NCBI GenBank assembly: GCA_023954375.1
Contig: JAMLIC010000006.1
Location: forward strand, 82,972-146,971
DNA from: Planctomycetota bacterium
GTDB lineage: Bacteria; Planctomycetota; J058
Reading direction: 5' to 3'
DNA length: 64,000 nucleotides
The translations under genes were made by a program, and so were the position numbers. The notes beneath the pieces were generated by a model. That model was not told the DNA's origin. It saw nothing but the letters and a program-made list of their open reading frames with translations, and made no database searches. This document shows, in pieces, positions 1-12,413 of this stretch (positions within the stretch are counted from its first letter, which is position 1; the number at the start of each line of letters is the position of its first letter).

Positions 1-120
1 GAAGATGAACACGGCCTCACCGGCGTCGCGGTCGCGCGAGAGGGTGAGGTAGAGGCCGAGCACCAGGCCGCCCAGCAGCGCCGCGCCGATCAGGCCGCCC
101 CGGAAGAAGCCGCGCACCAC
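1..120 (-). CDS. Partial hypothetical membrane protein, 5' end only; the gene continues beyond the window start
   Basis: Minus-strand reading frame gives ...DVVRGFFRGGLIGAALLGGLVLGLYLTLSRDRDAGEAVFIF, a hydrophobic helix. Possible GTG start 4 nt after the stop of the upstream gene. Truncated by the window edge. Confidence 0.3.
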   Translation of the reverse strand, partial: MVRGFFRGGLIGAALLGGLVLGLYLTLSRDRDAGEAVFIF

Positions 121-121
121 G

Positions 122-421
122 TCACTCCTCCCCCGCGATGGCCGCCGGGCGGTCGATCGCGGCGAGGTCCATCGCGGCCAGCTCGTCGGGCGTGACGCCG
201 AGCTCCATGCAGCGGCGCCGGACCTCGTCGCGCGCGAGGCGCTCCTCGGCGCTCGCGCCGCAGCAGCCATGCGACAGGGTGGAGGAGGCGACGCCCGAGA
301 GCCCAACGAGCACCAGCACCCCGCCGACGAGGCCCGACGCGAAGAGACCCACGGCGCGCCCGAGCCCGGCGCGCTCCTCGACGGCGACGACCGCCTCCTC
401 GTCCACCTCGACCTCACCCAT
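122..421 (-). CDS. Small hypothetical membrane protein (99 aa, one TM helix)
   Basis: ORF with GC3-rich codon usage and a central hydrophobic segment GLFASGLVGGVLVLVGLSGVA. I recognise no domain. Confidence 0.4.
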   Translation of the reverse strand: MGEVEVDEEAVVAVEERAGLGRAVGLFASGLVGGVLVLVGLSGVASSTLSHGCCGASAEERLARDEVRRRCMELGVTPDELAAMDLAAIDRPAAIAGEE

Positions 422-429
422 CGCGCCCT

Positions 430-600
430 CCCTCGGAGCCCTTGAAGAGATCGCTCCGCGATCCTCGAGGGCTCCCGCCTACGCTCCATGATGCGCTCGC
501 GAGGGGCGGCGCCTCGCGTGCGGCCCGCTCGCGATGATCGGCCCGATGCGCCGTCCCCATCGCTCGCTCTGGCGAGCTGGGGCGGCGCAGCGGGTCGCCA
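430..600. repeat. Copy A of a dispersed MITE-like intergenic repeat (diverged copy)
   Basis: Shares the hairpin-like segment gaagagatcgctccgcgatcctcgag and the segments gatgcgctcgcgagggg and ccccatcgctcgctctggcg with the copies at 19439-19620 and 35330-35490. Confidence 0.55.
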
Positions 601-610
601 TCGAGGACTC

Positions 611-1234
611 TCACCACACCCAGCGCCAGCGCGCCGGCGGCCACACCACCGCCACGGCCCGACCGCGGAGCTGATCGGTCGGGGTGCCGCCGAAGTAGCG
701 GCCGTCCCAGGAGTCCTTGCTGTCGTCACCCAGCAGGAAGACCGCGCCCTCGGGGACGTCGTAGGCGCGCGGCCCCTCGGGGTCGGGCCGCAGGAGCCCG
801 GCGCGCACGTACTTCACGCCCGGCGCCGGCGGCGGCAGGAGCGCCCCGTCGATCTCGAGCCGACCGTCGACCAGGCGCAGGCGCTCGCCGGCCAGGCCGG
901 CGACGCGCTTGACGATCGACACCCCGTCCTCGCTCTGGAAGAGGACCAGCGCGCCGCGCGGCGGCGCGGCGACGCGGCGCGAGACCGTCTCGTAGAGCAC
1001 CCAGTCGTTGCCCGGGTCGCCCGCCTTCGCGCCGACGAGCGTGGGCGACATGGACGGCGAGATCACCTCGGCCGCCCCGAAGGCCAGGTGCCAGACGAGC
1101 AGCGCCAGGCCGACCACCGCGAGCGACCGCTCGGCGACGCGCAGCGTCTGCCGGAGGCGAGAGGGCCGCGCGGGCGTGACCTGCCGAGGCGCTGCGACCG
1201 CGTGCATCCCGACCTCCGCGTCGCCCTCGTGCAC
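611..1234 (-). CDS. lepB: Signal peptidase I (S26 family)
   Basis: N-terminal TM helix, catalytic Ser box (SPSMSPTL), LVLFQSEDG...VKRVAGLAGERL box with the Lys, and C-terminal GDNSKDSWDGRYFG box. Every S26 motif is present. Confidence 0.85.
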   Translation of the reverse strand: MHEGDAEVGMHAVAAPRQVTPARPSRLRQTLRVAERSLAVVGLALLVWHLAFGAAEVISPSMSPTLVGAKAGDPGNDWVLYETVSRRVAAPPRGALVLFQSEDGVSIVKRVAGLAGERLRLVDGRLEIDGALLPPPAPGVKYVRAGLLRPDPEGPRAYDVPEGAVFLLGDDSKDSWDGRYFGGTPTDQLRGRAVAVVWPPARWRWVW

Positions 1235-1359
1235 GGGTCGTGCCGACCGGCCCGGCCTTGAGTTGCGCGCGTCGTGGGTAAGGCCTTCCCCGCCGCGCGA
1301 CCTGTCTACCCGCGGGGGACGACGGGGTTCAGTAGGCTGTCCCGAGCGAGGAGGTCCCC

Positions 1360-1632
1360 GTGGAGATCCTGGTCGAGCGCCCCACCCCCGAGCGGCTCGA
1401 GGCGCTCGGGGTGAGGTCGTGGCCCGTGTGGACGAAGGAGCCCTCGACCTTCGACTGGTTCTATGACGAGCAGGAGACCTGCTACCTGCTCGCCGGCCGC
1501 GTGCGCGTCGAGCCCGAGGGCGGCGGCCCGGCCGTCGAGATCGGCGCGGGGGACCTCGTCACCTTCCCCCGGGGGCTGGCGTGCGTGTGGAAGGTGACGG
1601 AGGCGGTGCGCAAGCACTACCGCTTCGGTTAG
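1360..1632 (+). CDS. Cupin-fold small protein (DUF861/cupin_3-like)
   Basis: 90 aa with a GTG start. WPVWTKEPSTFDWFYDEQETCYLLAGRVRVEPEGGG...GDLVTFPRG is the typical cupin_3 pattern. Confidence 0.65.
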   Translation: MEILVERPTPERLEALGVRSWPVWTKEPSTFDWFYDEQETCYLLAGRVRVEPEGGGPAVEIGAGDLVTFPRGLACVWKVTEAVRKHYRFG

Positions 1633-1634
1633 CC

Positions 1635-2351
1635 ATGGACGAGCGACGGCGCGACCGGGAGCGAGCAGCAGCCCAGGGCGACCACGCGGCGGCGGTCGAG
1701 GCGCTCCGCCATCAGCTGCGCGCGGGCGAGTTGCCCGAGGAGCGGCTCGAGCTCCTGGCGTTCCTGGGCGACGAGGTGGCCGCGGCTGCGCTGGGACGAG
1801 CAGTCGAGCCGTGGCCCACGGACGAGCAGGACCGCCGGGCGCGCACCAGGGACCTCGCGCGCTGGGGGATCGAGTGCCTGGGGCGCGCCGGCGCGGCGCT
1901 GGCCCGAGCGGGGCTGACCCTCAACGGGGACGAGCGGGTCCGGGCCGCGGCCGACGCCATCGACGCGTGGGTCTCGTGCCCCTGCGACGAGCACGTGAAG
2001 CGGGCCGAGGACGCCGGGGCCGACGGTGCTGAGCGAGCCGCCGACCAAGCGACCGGCGACGGTCCCAGCTGGGGAGCCAGCTGCGTCGCTCTCGTCGCCT
2101 CGGGGGTGAGCCGCCAGGAGAGCATCTGGACACGAGTCCACGGCCACTCGCAGCGCCACCGGGACGCGTGGACGGCCGTCGACCTGAGCCGCGCGATGGA
2201 GTCCCTCTGGCACGCGGGGCTGGAGCCGGTCGAGGTGCTGCTCGCGGAGCTACGCCCATGGGTGCTCGGGACGGGGGACCCTGTGCGCGAGCGGGTGGCG
2301 GGGCGCAGCGGCTGGCGTAACACCCACGACCGAGGGGGACGAGGAGCATGA
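1635..2351 (+). CDS. Hypothetical protein
   Basis: ATG 3 nt after the cupin stop. GC3-rich. Its stop overlaps the next gene's start (ATGA). I recognise no domain. The track ORF 1581..2351 overlaps the cupin gene, so its start was trimmed. Confidence 0.45.
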   Translation: MDERRRDRERAAAQGDHAAAVEALRHQLRAGELPEERLELLAFLGDEVAAAALGRAVEPWPTDEQDRRARTRDLARWGIECLGRAGAALARAGLTLNGDERVRAAADAIDAWVSCPCDEHVKRAEDAGADGAERAADQATGDGPSWGASCVALVASGVSRQESIWTRVHGHSQRHRDAWTAVDLSRAMESLWHAGLEPVEVLLAELRPWVLGTGDPVRERVAGRSGWRNTHDRGGRGA

Positions 2352-2683
2352 ACGTCGGGGACTGGGTGGAGGCGGAGGTCTTCGGCGTCGCCGCTTACGG
2401 CATCCACCTGCGCTCGGCGGACGGCTTCGAGATCCTCGTCCACACCTACGATGTGTCGTGGACGGACCAGTTCTCTCCGCGGGAGTACTGCACGGTCGGG
2501 GACGTCCTCCGCGTGAAGATCATCAGGTTCAGCACGGACGGCACATGTGCCCTGGGGTGGGTGCCGCCCCCGGGCAGGGATCCGAGGAGCGTCGACCATG
2601 AGCGATCGGGCGCGCGGCGCCTCGACCCCGGGATCAAGGGCGACCCCGATCCTGCGGGGGACGGGCGATCGGGCCGAGCCTGA
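2348..2683 (+). CDS. S1-like RNA-binding domain protein
   Basis: GDWVEAEVFGVAAYGIHL...ILVHTYDVSW...GDVLRVKIIRFSTDG matches the S1/OB-fold pattern. Translationally coupled to the upstream ORF. Confidence 0.5.
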   Translation: MNVGDWVEAEVFGVAAYGIHLRSADGFEILVHTYDVSWTDQFSPREYCTVGDVLRVKIIRFSTDGTCALGWVPPPGRDPRSVDHERSGARRLDPGIKGDPDPAGDGRSGRA

Positions 2684-2726
2684 CGCGGTCGGGGTGGCGC
2701 GCGGCGAACGCGCCGCGGCCTGCTGG

Positions 2727-5700
2727 CTAGCGCCGCAAGTACTCGTCCGTACTTAGCACCTCCACCCACACCTCCCCCCACGCGGCCCCGCGCCCGAGCG
2801 CGTCGGCGTGCCGGCGCACCTCGGCCTGCGTCGCCGGCCGCCCGAGGAAGCGCTCATGGGCAAGCCGCACCCAGCGCTCGTGGTGCTCGCGCGAGCGCAG
2901 GAGCGTCAGCGCCACGGCCACCGGAGACGCGCCGCGGCGCAGGGCGGCGGCGTAGGTCGCGAGGCCGCTCGCGTCCGCCGGCCGGCCGAGCAGGTCGAGG
3001 TAGGCCTGCTCGACCCACGGCTCGACGAGCGGGAACGCACCACGGTACTCGTCGGAGGCGGCGAGGCCGGCGGTGAGGTCCTCCCAGCGCGCGCCCGCCT
3101 GCAGGCCGCGCACGGCCGCGTCGCGCCCGCCCGGGTCGGCGGAGCGGCGCAGCAGCCGGGCGTACTCGCCCTCGACCCAGCGCTCGAGGTGCTCGGTCGA
3201 GCACACGAACGTCCGCGCCACCTCCGCGCGCGAGGACCCGCGGCGGAGCGTCTGCACGTGGGCGTCGAGCCCGCCGGGGTCGGCGGGGCGGCCGAGCACG
3301 TCGTGGTAGAGGCGCTCGACGAACCTTCGCTCCGGGTCGACGGCTGGCCCGGGTCCCGGCCCCGGCCCCGGTCCAGGTGGGGGCGGCGTCGCCCCGCCGG
3401 GGATCCCCGTCCCCCCCGGCGCGGGCGGCGCCGCGTCGCCCGGGCCCCGCGGGAGCGACGCCGGGGGCGTGACGTCGAGCGTGGTCCCCGTGAGCGCGCG
3501 CAGGAACGCGACCAGGTCGGCCTTCTCGCCCGGCGTGAGCCCGAGCGGCCGCAGCTCCGGATCGCGCCCCTCCTCGCGCACGCCGCCGCGGTCGTAGAGG
3601 TCGACCACCTCCTCGAGCGTCCCCGCGCTGCCGTCGTGCAGGTAGGGCGCGGTGAGCGCCACGTCGCGGAGCGTCGGCGTCTTGAACCGGCCCAGGTCGC
3701 CGGCGCGACCGGTCGCGGCGCGCCGGCCCTCGTCGCGCCGCGCCGTGAAGCCCACGTCGTGGAAGGCCTCGTCGGTGAAGTTCGAGCCGACGTGGCAGGC
3801 CGTGCAGCGGGCCTTCGTCCGGAAGAGGACCTGCCCGCGCGCCTCCGACGGGTCGAGCGCGCCGAGGTCGGCCCGCGACGCGCCCGAGACGAGCGAGCGC
3901 TGGAACGCGGCCAGCGCCGCCTCCAGGCGCTCGGCCGTCGGGTCGCCGCCGAAGGCGCGGGCGAACAGCGCCCGGTAGTCGCCGCTGGCGCGCAGGAGGT
4001 CGAGCGCCTGCGCCACGGGGAGCGCCTGCTCGTGCGGGTGCTCGAGCGGCACGAGCGCCTGCGCCTCGAGCGAGGCGCTGCGGCCGTCCCAGAACTGCCG
4101 CGTCGAGAAGGCGCGGTTGATCAGCGCGGGCGTGTGCAGAGGCAGCGGCCCCGCCCGCCCGGGCGTGCGCGCGCGGCCGTCGGCGTAGCCCTTCGCCGGG
4201 TCGTGGCACGAGGCGCACGACACGGCGCCGTCGCTCGACAGGCGCGGGTCGAAGAACAGGAGCTTGCCCAGCGCGGCCTGCTCGCGCGTGAAGCCGCCCG
4301 CGGGGACCCGCAGGTCGCGCGCGTCGAGGCCCCGGGGCAGCGGGTCGGGGAGGCGCCCGGTCAGGTCGGGCCCGGGAGTCGCCACGAACGCCGACGCCGC
4401 CACCTCGTCGGGGCGGCGCGCGACGCGCGAGACCTTCACCTCGTCGAGCATCACCACCGCCTCGCCGGCCCCGACGGACGGCGCGCGGGGCCGCAGCCCC
4501 GCCGGGCCGAGCAGCAGGTCGGCCGTCGTCGCGTCGACCTGCCCCGGGCCGAAGACCTGCTCGCTCCGCAGCGCCCCGCCCACGTGGACGCGCAGCCTGC
4601 CGCTCGCCGCCTCGTAGGTGACGGCCACGTGGGCCCACGCGCCGACCGGCAGCGCCGGGTCGACCGGGCCCGAGCGGCGCCCCGCCCCGCCGCTGACCAC
4701 GGTCGCCTGCACGCGCCCGTCCTCCTCGAGGATCAGGTCGAACGCGCCGGCGCGATGGGCCAGGAAGACGAAGCGGTTCTCGCCGTCGCGGTCGAGGTCG
4801 ACCAGGCGCTTGACCCACAGGTCGAGCGTCAGCGCCTCGCGGACCTCGCCCAGGCTCGCCGACGCGCGCACGCGCACGGCCCCGCCCTGGGGGAAGTAGA
4901 GCGCCTGCCCGACGACGCCGCGGTTCTCGTCCACGCGCTCGTATTCCTGCGGGAAGCGCGCCCCTTCGAGGAGGCCCGTGTTCAGTCGTCCCGACGTGTC
5001 GGGGGTGCGCGTCGGGTCGAGCGTGGCCTCCTTCGTCACCAGCTCGTTCATGCGCAGGACGAGCACGTGGTCGCCGTCCTCGTGGTCCTCGAAGGACACC
5101 TCACCGTAGTCGGCCGTGTTGCTGCCGAAGAGCGGGTAGACCGGCCGACCGGCCGTGCAGGGCAGCGGCGCGCCGGGGACGTCGGGGAAGGGGCGCCAGA
5201 AGCCGGGCGCCGCGCCGGGCGAGGAGAAGAACAGCCGCACGCTGGCCTCACGGTCGGGGTTGAGCGGGCCGTCGATGTGCCGCAGCGTCCAGCCGGTCCA
5301 GCGGCCGATCACGGAGAGCCCGCCGCGCCGGGCCCGGTCGCGGCCGTCGACGCCGGCGACGGTCGCCGTGTGGAACAGCTCGGTGCCGTCGTGGCTGATC
5401 CACGGGTAGGCGCCGCGGTAGAGCTCGCCCGGCCCGAAGGCCCGGCCGTCCTGCGCGCGCAGGGGGCGCTTCGCCAGCGGGGCGCGCTCGTGGAGCGGCA
5501 GCCCGGCCACGAGCGCGGCCCGGTCGCGGTGGTAGAGGTCGCTGATCGACCGCGGCGGCGACCAGCCGGTCGCGGCCCCCGGCGTCTGCGTGAACGAGTA
5601 CATGAGCACGTCGATCTGCCCGTCGTTGCGCGGATGCCCCTGCCACACGAGCAGGTGGCCGTCGAAGGTCACCGTCGGCTCGATCCCGCGCAGCGGCTGG

Positions 5701-6275
5701 CCCTGGGTCGTGCGGAGCTCCTGGAAGGCGCCCAGGAGCTCCGCCCGCTCGACGGCGGCCCGCGGCGTCCGGGGGTCGCGCACGACGACCCGGGCCGGCA
5801 GGACCCCGAGGCGGTCGTCGCCCGCCCGGTAGCGCTGCGTGTGGACGAGCAGGTCGTAGGTCTCGAAGGCGCCGTCGCGCCGCGGCGTGCCGTCCGCCTC
5901 CGAGCGGTAGGGGTTGTCGAGCCGGCCCGGCGCCGGGGAGAGCGCCAGGGCGTTGAGGTCCGTCAGGCCGTGTCCGACCGCCGGCGACATCGCCAGCGCC
6001 GCCTCGGGCGAGAAGCAGGCGTCGTCGAACGCCGGCCGCCCCTCGGGGGTGCGGCCGAGCGCCTCCGGGCGCAGGACGACGACCGCCCAGCCGACCGGGC
6101 CCCCGCCCACGTTGCGGGTGATCACGAACACCCGGCCGTCCCACGTCTCGGCGTGCCCGTTGCCGCCGACCCACGGGACGCGGACGGTCGCCGGCGCCAC
6201 CGGGGCCGGCGGGGGCTCCTGCGCCAGCGCCACCTGGGCCGTCAAGACCGCGATCGCCGCCACGCTCGCCCGCAC
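2727..6275 (-). CDS. Large secreted multidomain protein: N-terminal unknown domain, laminin-G-like domain, di-haem cytochrome c peroxidase (CCP/MauG family), C-terminal DUF4214 repeats
   Basis: Probable GTG start at 6275 gives the signal peptide MRASVAAIAVLTAQVALA. A LamG-like segment (TLDLWVKRL...WAHVAVTYEAASGRLRVHVGG) is present. The first haem site is FDPRLSSDGAVSCASCHDP with QFWDGR; the second is CTACH with TPTLRDVALTAPYLHDGS. A PG-rich linker precedes three repeats of xLLGRPADxxGLxxW (DUF4214). The track ORF extends to 6602 without a signal peptide. Confidence 0.8.
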   Translation of the reverse strand: MRASVAAIAVLTAQVALAQEPPPAPVAPATVRVPWVGGNGHAETWDGRVFVITRNVGGGPVGWAVVVLRPEALGRTPEGRPAFDDACFSPEAALAMSPAVGHGLTDLNALALSPAPGRLDNPYRSEADGTPRRDGAFETYDLLVHTQRYRAGDDRLGVLPARVVVRDPRTPRAAVERAELLGAFQELRTTQGQPLRGIEPTVTFDGHLLVWQGHPRNDGQIDVLMYSFTQTPGAATGWSPPRSISDLYHRDRAALVAGLPLHERAPLAKRPLRAQDGRAFGPGELYRGAYPWISHDGTELFHTATVAGVDGRDRARRGGLSVIGRWTGWTLRHIDGPLNPDREASVRLFFSSPGAAPGFWRPFPDVPGAPLPCTAGRPVYPLFGSNTADYGEVSFEDHEDGDHVLVLRMNELVTKEATLDPTRTPDTSGRLNTGLLEGARFPQEYERVDENRGVVGQALYFPQGGAVRVRASASLGEVREALTLDLWVKRLVDLDRDGENRFVFLAHRAGAFDLILEEDGRVQATVVSGGAGRRSGPVDPALPVGAWAHVAVTYEAASGRLRVHVGGALRSEQVFGPGQVDATTADLLLGPAGLRPRAPSVGAGEAVVMLDEVKVSRVARRPDEVAASAFVATPGPDLTGRLPDPLPRGLDARDLRVPAGGFTREQAALGKLLFFDPRLSSDGAVSCASCHDPAKGYADGRARTPGRAGPLPLHTPALINRAFSTRQFWDGRSASLEAQALVPLEHPHEQALPVAQALDLLRASGDYRALFARAFGGDPTAERLEAALAAFQRSLVSGASRADLGALDPSEARGQVLFRTKARCTACHVGSNFTDEAFHDVGFTARRDEGRRAATGRAGDLGRFKTPTLRDVALTAPYLHDGSAGTLEEVVDLYDRGGVREEGRDPELRPLGLTPGEKADLVAFLRALTGTTLDVTPPASLPRGPGDAAPPAPGGTGIPGGATPPPPGPGPGPGPGPAVDPERRFVERLYHDVLGRPADPGGLDAHVQTLRRGSSRAEVARTFVCSTEHLERWVEGEYARLLRRSADPGGRDAAVRGLQAGARWEDLTAGLAASDEYRGAFPLVEPWVEQAYLDLLGRPADASGLATYAAALRRGASPVAVALTLLRSREHHERWVRLAHERFLGRPATQAEVRRHADALGRGAAWGEVWVEVLSTDEYLRR

Positions 6276-6493
6276 GCCGCACCTCCGGTCGGGGTCGTGC
6301 TTGCAAGCGGGGCGCCGGGCGCACACGCTCAGGAGGCGCGGGGGGTTGGGGCCGGGCGGCCCCGCCCCCGCGCCCGTCCAGGGTGTGCGTCCGTGCACGG
6401 GGGCACAGGTCGTGGGAAGGTCCGAGGAGCGCGAACCACCGGGCGCCGGCCTCCTCGGCCGCGTCGTCGCGGCCGGGCCCGATCCGGGCCACA

Positions 6494-7941
6494 TGCTCGA
6501 CCTGGCGCTGGGGCTGCTCGTCGAGGGCGTCGGCGCCGAGCGCGGCGTCCTCGTGCTGCTGGGCGACGGCGGCGCCGCGGCCGAGACGGTCGCCCGCAAC
6601 ATCCGCGACGCCGAGCTCGAGGGCCACGACTTCGCCTACAGCCGGCGGATCGTCGAGGAGGTGGCCCGGACCGGCGCGCCGGTGCTCGTGCGCGACGCCT
6701 CGCGCGACCCGCGCTTCCGCGACGCCGAGTCGGTGGCCGGCCTGGCGATCCGCTCCGTGCTGGCGGTGCCGGTCGTCGGGCTCGCCGTGCTCTACCTCGA
6801 CGACCGCGCCGCCGCCGGCCGCTTCGACGACGCGTCGCGGGCCCTGGCCGAGCGCCTCGTGGACGAGCTCACGCCCTGCCTGGCCCTGATCCGCGACCGC
6901 GTGCGCCTCGAGCGCACGGTCGCCGGGCTGCGGGCGGCGCCGGCGAGCGATGAGCGCTGGACGATCGTCGGCGACGCCGAGCCCATGCGGCGCCTGCGGC
7001 GCGAGGCGGAGCGCGCTGCGCGCTGGCACCTGCCGCTCCTGATCGAGGGCGAGAGCGGGACGGGCAAGGCGCTCGTCGCGCGCGCCGTCCACGCCGCGAG
7101 CGGGCGGCGCGACGGGCCGTTCGTGGCCGAGTCGTGCGCGGCGATCTCGGACGAGCTCCTGCCGAGCGAGCTCTTCGGCCACGTGCGTGGCGCCTTCAGC
7201 GGGGCCGTCCGCGACCGCCAGGGGCTGTTCGAGACGGCGTCCGGGGGGACGCTCCTCCTCGACCAGGCCGCCGCCATGTCGCCCGCGCTCCAGGCCGCCC
7301 TCCTGCGCGTGCTCGAGGAGGGCGAGGTGCGGCCCCTGGGCGCGGAGAAGAAGCGGCGCGTCGACGTGCGCCTCATCGTGTCGACGAACGAGCCCCTCTC
7401 GGCGCTCGTCGCCGCCGGCCGCTTCCGCGAGGACCTGCTCTACCGGCTGAACGTCCTCCACCTGCGCGTGCCGCCCCTGCGCGAGCGGCGCGAGGACGTG
7501 CCGGCGCTCCTCGACCACTTCCTGCGCCGCTGCGCCGAGGAGGTCGGGCGGCCGCCGCCGGTCGTCGGCGACGCGGCGCGCGAGCTCCTCGTGGCCTTCC
7601 CCTGGCCGGGGAACGTGCGGCAGCTCGAGAACGAGGTGCGCCGGCTGGCGGCGCTGGGCGTGCGGCGCGTCCTGCCGCGCCACCTCACGGACGACGTCCT
7701 CGCCGGGGCGCGCGGCGGCGCGGGCGCCGCCCTGCCGGTCGAGCTGCGGCGGCTGATCGACGCCGGCAAGACGCTCGACGAGGTCCTGGGCGAGCAGGAG
7801 CGGGCGCTGATCGCCCAGGCGCTCGCGGCCTCGGGCGGGACCGTCGCGGGGGCAGCGCGCCTCCTCGGCCTCGAGCGGACGACGCTCCTGCGCCGGGCCC
7901 GGCGCCACGGCCTGCGCGCGGCGGACGGGGGCGGCGAGTGA
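6494..7941 (+). CDS. Sigma-54-dependent transcriptional activator with N-terminal GAF domain
   Basis: GAF-like N-terminus, then AAA+ domain with Walker A GESGTGK, the GAFSGA (GAFTGA-type) sigma-54 contact loop, ELFGH and an Arg finger. C-terminal Fis-type HTH (TVAGAARLLGLERTTLLRRARRHGL). The start is ATG 6494; an alternative is GTG 6385. Confidence 0.85.
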
Positions 7942-10315
7942 CCCCCGAGCAGGCGGACGAGGCGGCGGTCGCCCTGGGCCTGGCGCGCGGGTGGCTCTCG
8001 CCCGAGCAGGTGGAGAGGCGCCGCGCCCAGCGGCGGGCGCGGCCCGACGCGTCGCTCCTCGACCTCCTGGCCCGCTACGACCTCACGCCGGCGCACGCGG
8101 CGGCGCTCCGCGCCGCCCACCAGGCGGCGCTCGCCGGCCGCCCGCCGGAGGCGGCGGCGATGGCGGCGCTGCCGACCGACGCCCTGCACCCGCCGACGGC
8201 CTCGCGCCCCGCGGCGCGCATCGGGCGCTACGAGGTGGTGGCCCCGCTGGGCAAGGGCGGCATGGGCACCGTCCTGCGGGTGCGCGACGCCGCCGGACGC
8301 CTGCTGGCGCTCAAGCTCCTCCAGGCCGCCGCCAACCCCACCGCCCGCGCCCGCTTCGAGCGCGAGGCGCGCCTCCTCGGCCGGATGACCGCGGCCGACG
8401 GCTTCGTGCCGCTCCTCGACCTCGGCCACGGCCCGCAGGGCCCGTTCATCGTCATGCCGCTGCTCGAGGGCGGCAACCTGCGCCAGCGCCTCGAGCGCGG
8501 GCGGCCGACCGTCGACGAGGCGCTCGCGTGGGGGCGCGCGCTGGCGAGCGCCCTGGCGGAGGCGCACCGGCGGGGGATCGTCCATCGCGACGTGAAGCCC
8601 GAGAACGTGCTCTTCGACGACGACGGGCGGCCGCTCCTCGCCGACCTGGGGCTCGCCAAGCACTTCCGCGACGACGTGCCCGGCGCCACGTGGACGGTCT
8701 CGATCTCGCGCCGGGGCGACTGCATGGGCACGATCGGCTACATGGCGCCCGAGCAGATGCTCGACGCCAAGGCCGCGGGCCCGCCGGCCGACGTGTTCGC
8801 CCTGGGCGCCGTGCTGTTCGAGTGCCTCGCAGGCGCCCCCGCCTTCGCTGGCGAGTCGCCCATGGAGGTGGTGGCGGCCGTCACCGAGGGCCGGCGCGCC
8901 GCCCTGCGCGACCTGGCCCCGGAGGCGCCCGCGTGGCTGGTCGACGCTGTCGAGGCCGCCCTGGCCCACGACCCCGCCGCCCGCCCGGCGGACGGGGCCG
9001 CGCTCCTGCGGGCCCTGCGCGGGACCGCGCCGGCGCGCCGGCGACCGCCCTTCGCCCTGGCCGCGCTGGGCGGCGCGGCGCTGCTCGCCCTCACGCTCGC
9101 CGCGGTCGTCCTCCGGCCCGCGCCGCCGCCCCCGTCGCCTGCGTCTGCGCCGGACGCCCCGGCGTCGCGGTCCTCGGCGACGCTCGAGGGCGCGAGCGCG
9201 CTCGACCTCGACGAGGCCCTCGCCCTGGCCCGCGCGGCCGCCCCCGACGCCCCGGGGCTCGCGCGTCGAGCGCGGGCCCGCTGGCGCCTCGACGACCGGC
9301 GCGGGGCGCTCGACGACCTCACGCGCGCCGCGGCGCTCGCGCCCGACGACGGGGCCGTGTGGGTGGACCTGGGCCTCGCGCGGCTGGCGCTGGGCGACCT
9401 CGCGGGCGCGCGCGAGGCGGCGGAGCGCGCCCTGGAGCGCGCGCCCCGCCGCTGGGAGGCGTGGGCCCTGCGCGGGCGGGTCCGGACGGCCCAGGGGCAG
9501 GCGGTCGAGGCGGCGGCCGACGTGCACACCGCCTGCGAGCTGGCGCCCGACGAGGGCGAGGCCTGGGCGCACGCCGCCGCGGTGCTCGCCCCCCGGGAGG
9601 TCGCCCGCGCCGCCGAGGCCGCCGAGCGCGCGCTGGCGCTGGGCTGGCGCACGCCCGAGGCGCTCCTCGCGCGCGCCGGGGGGCGCCGGCACGTCGACCG
9701 CGCCGGCGCGCTGGCGGACGTCGACGAGGCCCTGCGCCTCGCGCCCGACCACGCGGCGGCGCACGCCGCGCGCGCGCTGACGCTCGTCGATGCGCTCCGC
9801 TACCGCGAGGCGCTCGCGGCCCTCGAGCGCGCCTGCGCGCTCGACCCCTCCCTGGCGGACGACGGGGAGCTCGCACGTCAGGGCGGCTTCCTCTACCTGA
9901 CGAGCGGCGACCTCCCGCGGGCGGTCGAGTGGCTCGACCGCGTCCTGGCGCAGACGCCCGACAACGCGCTCCTGCGCGTGCACCGCGGGGCGGCCCGCGT
10001 GCGGCTGGGCGAGCTCGCCCTCGCGCGCGCGGACCTCGATCGGGCGCTCGAGCTCGGGCCCGACCTCCCCTGGGCCTGGAGCGGCCGGGCGGCGCTCCTC
10101 GCGGCCGAGGGCGACCGGCCCGGGGCGCTCGAGGCGCTCGAGCGGGCGCTCGCCCTGGCGCCCGACTTCCCGGAGGCGCTCGAGGCCCGCGCGGCGCTGC
10201 GCCTGACGGCGGGCGACCGGGCGGCCGCCGCGCGCGACCTCGCGCGCGCGCTGGCGCTCGAGCCGGAGCGCGCGGAGCGGCTCGCGCCGGGGCTGCGCGC
10301 CCTGCGCGGCGAGCC

Positions 10316-10319
<4 letters not shown>
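7938..10319 (+). CDS. Ser/Thr protein kinase with TM segment and C-terminal TPR repeats
   Basis: GTG start overlaps the activator stop (GTGA). Hanks motifs GKGGMGTV, ALK, HRDVKPEN, DLGLAK, GTIGYMAPE. TM helix FALAALGGAALLALTLAAVVL. About 11 TPR-like repeats follow. Confidence 0.85.

Positions 10320-12405
<2,086 letters not shown>

Positions 12406-12413
<8 letters not shown>

Noticed and set aside
2808-6953. 1381-aa plus-strand ORF, with the 886-aa ORF 5248..7908 and the 654-aa ORF 2854..4818 on the minus strand
   Set aside because: All are antisense or alternate-frame shadows of the LamG-CCP gene and the sigma-54 activator. Their translations are Arg/Gly/Pro-rich low-complexity sequence typical of out-of-frame reading of ~70% GC DNA. 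They contain no recognisable domains.
7440-9983. 847-aa minus-strand ORF, with related long ORFs 9893..11560, 10698..12368 and 11669..12820
   Set aside because: They are antisense to the STK1 and STK2 kinase genes, which have full Hanks motifs on the plus strand. Their composition is Arg/Ala/Pro-rich nonsense.
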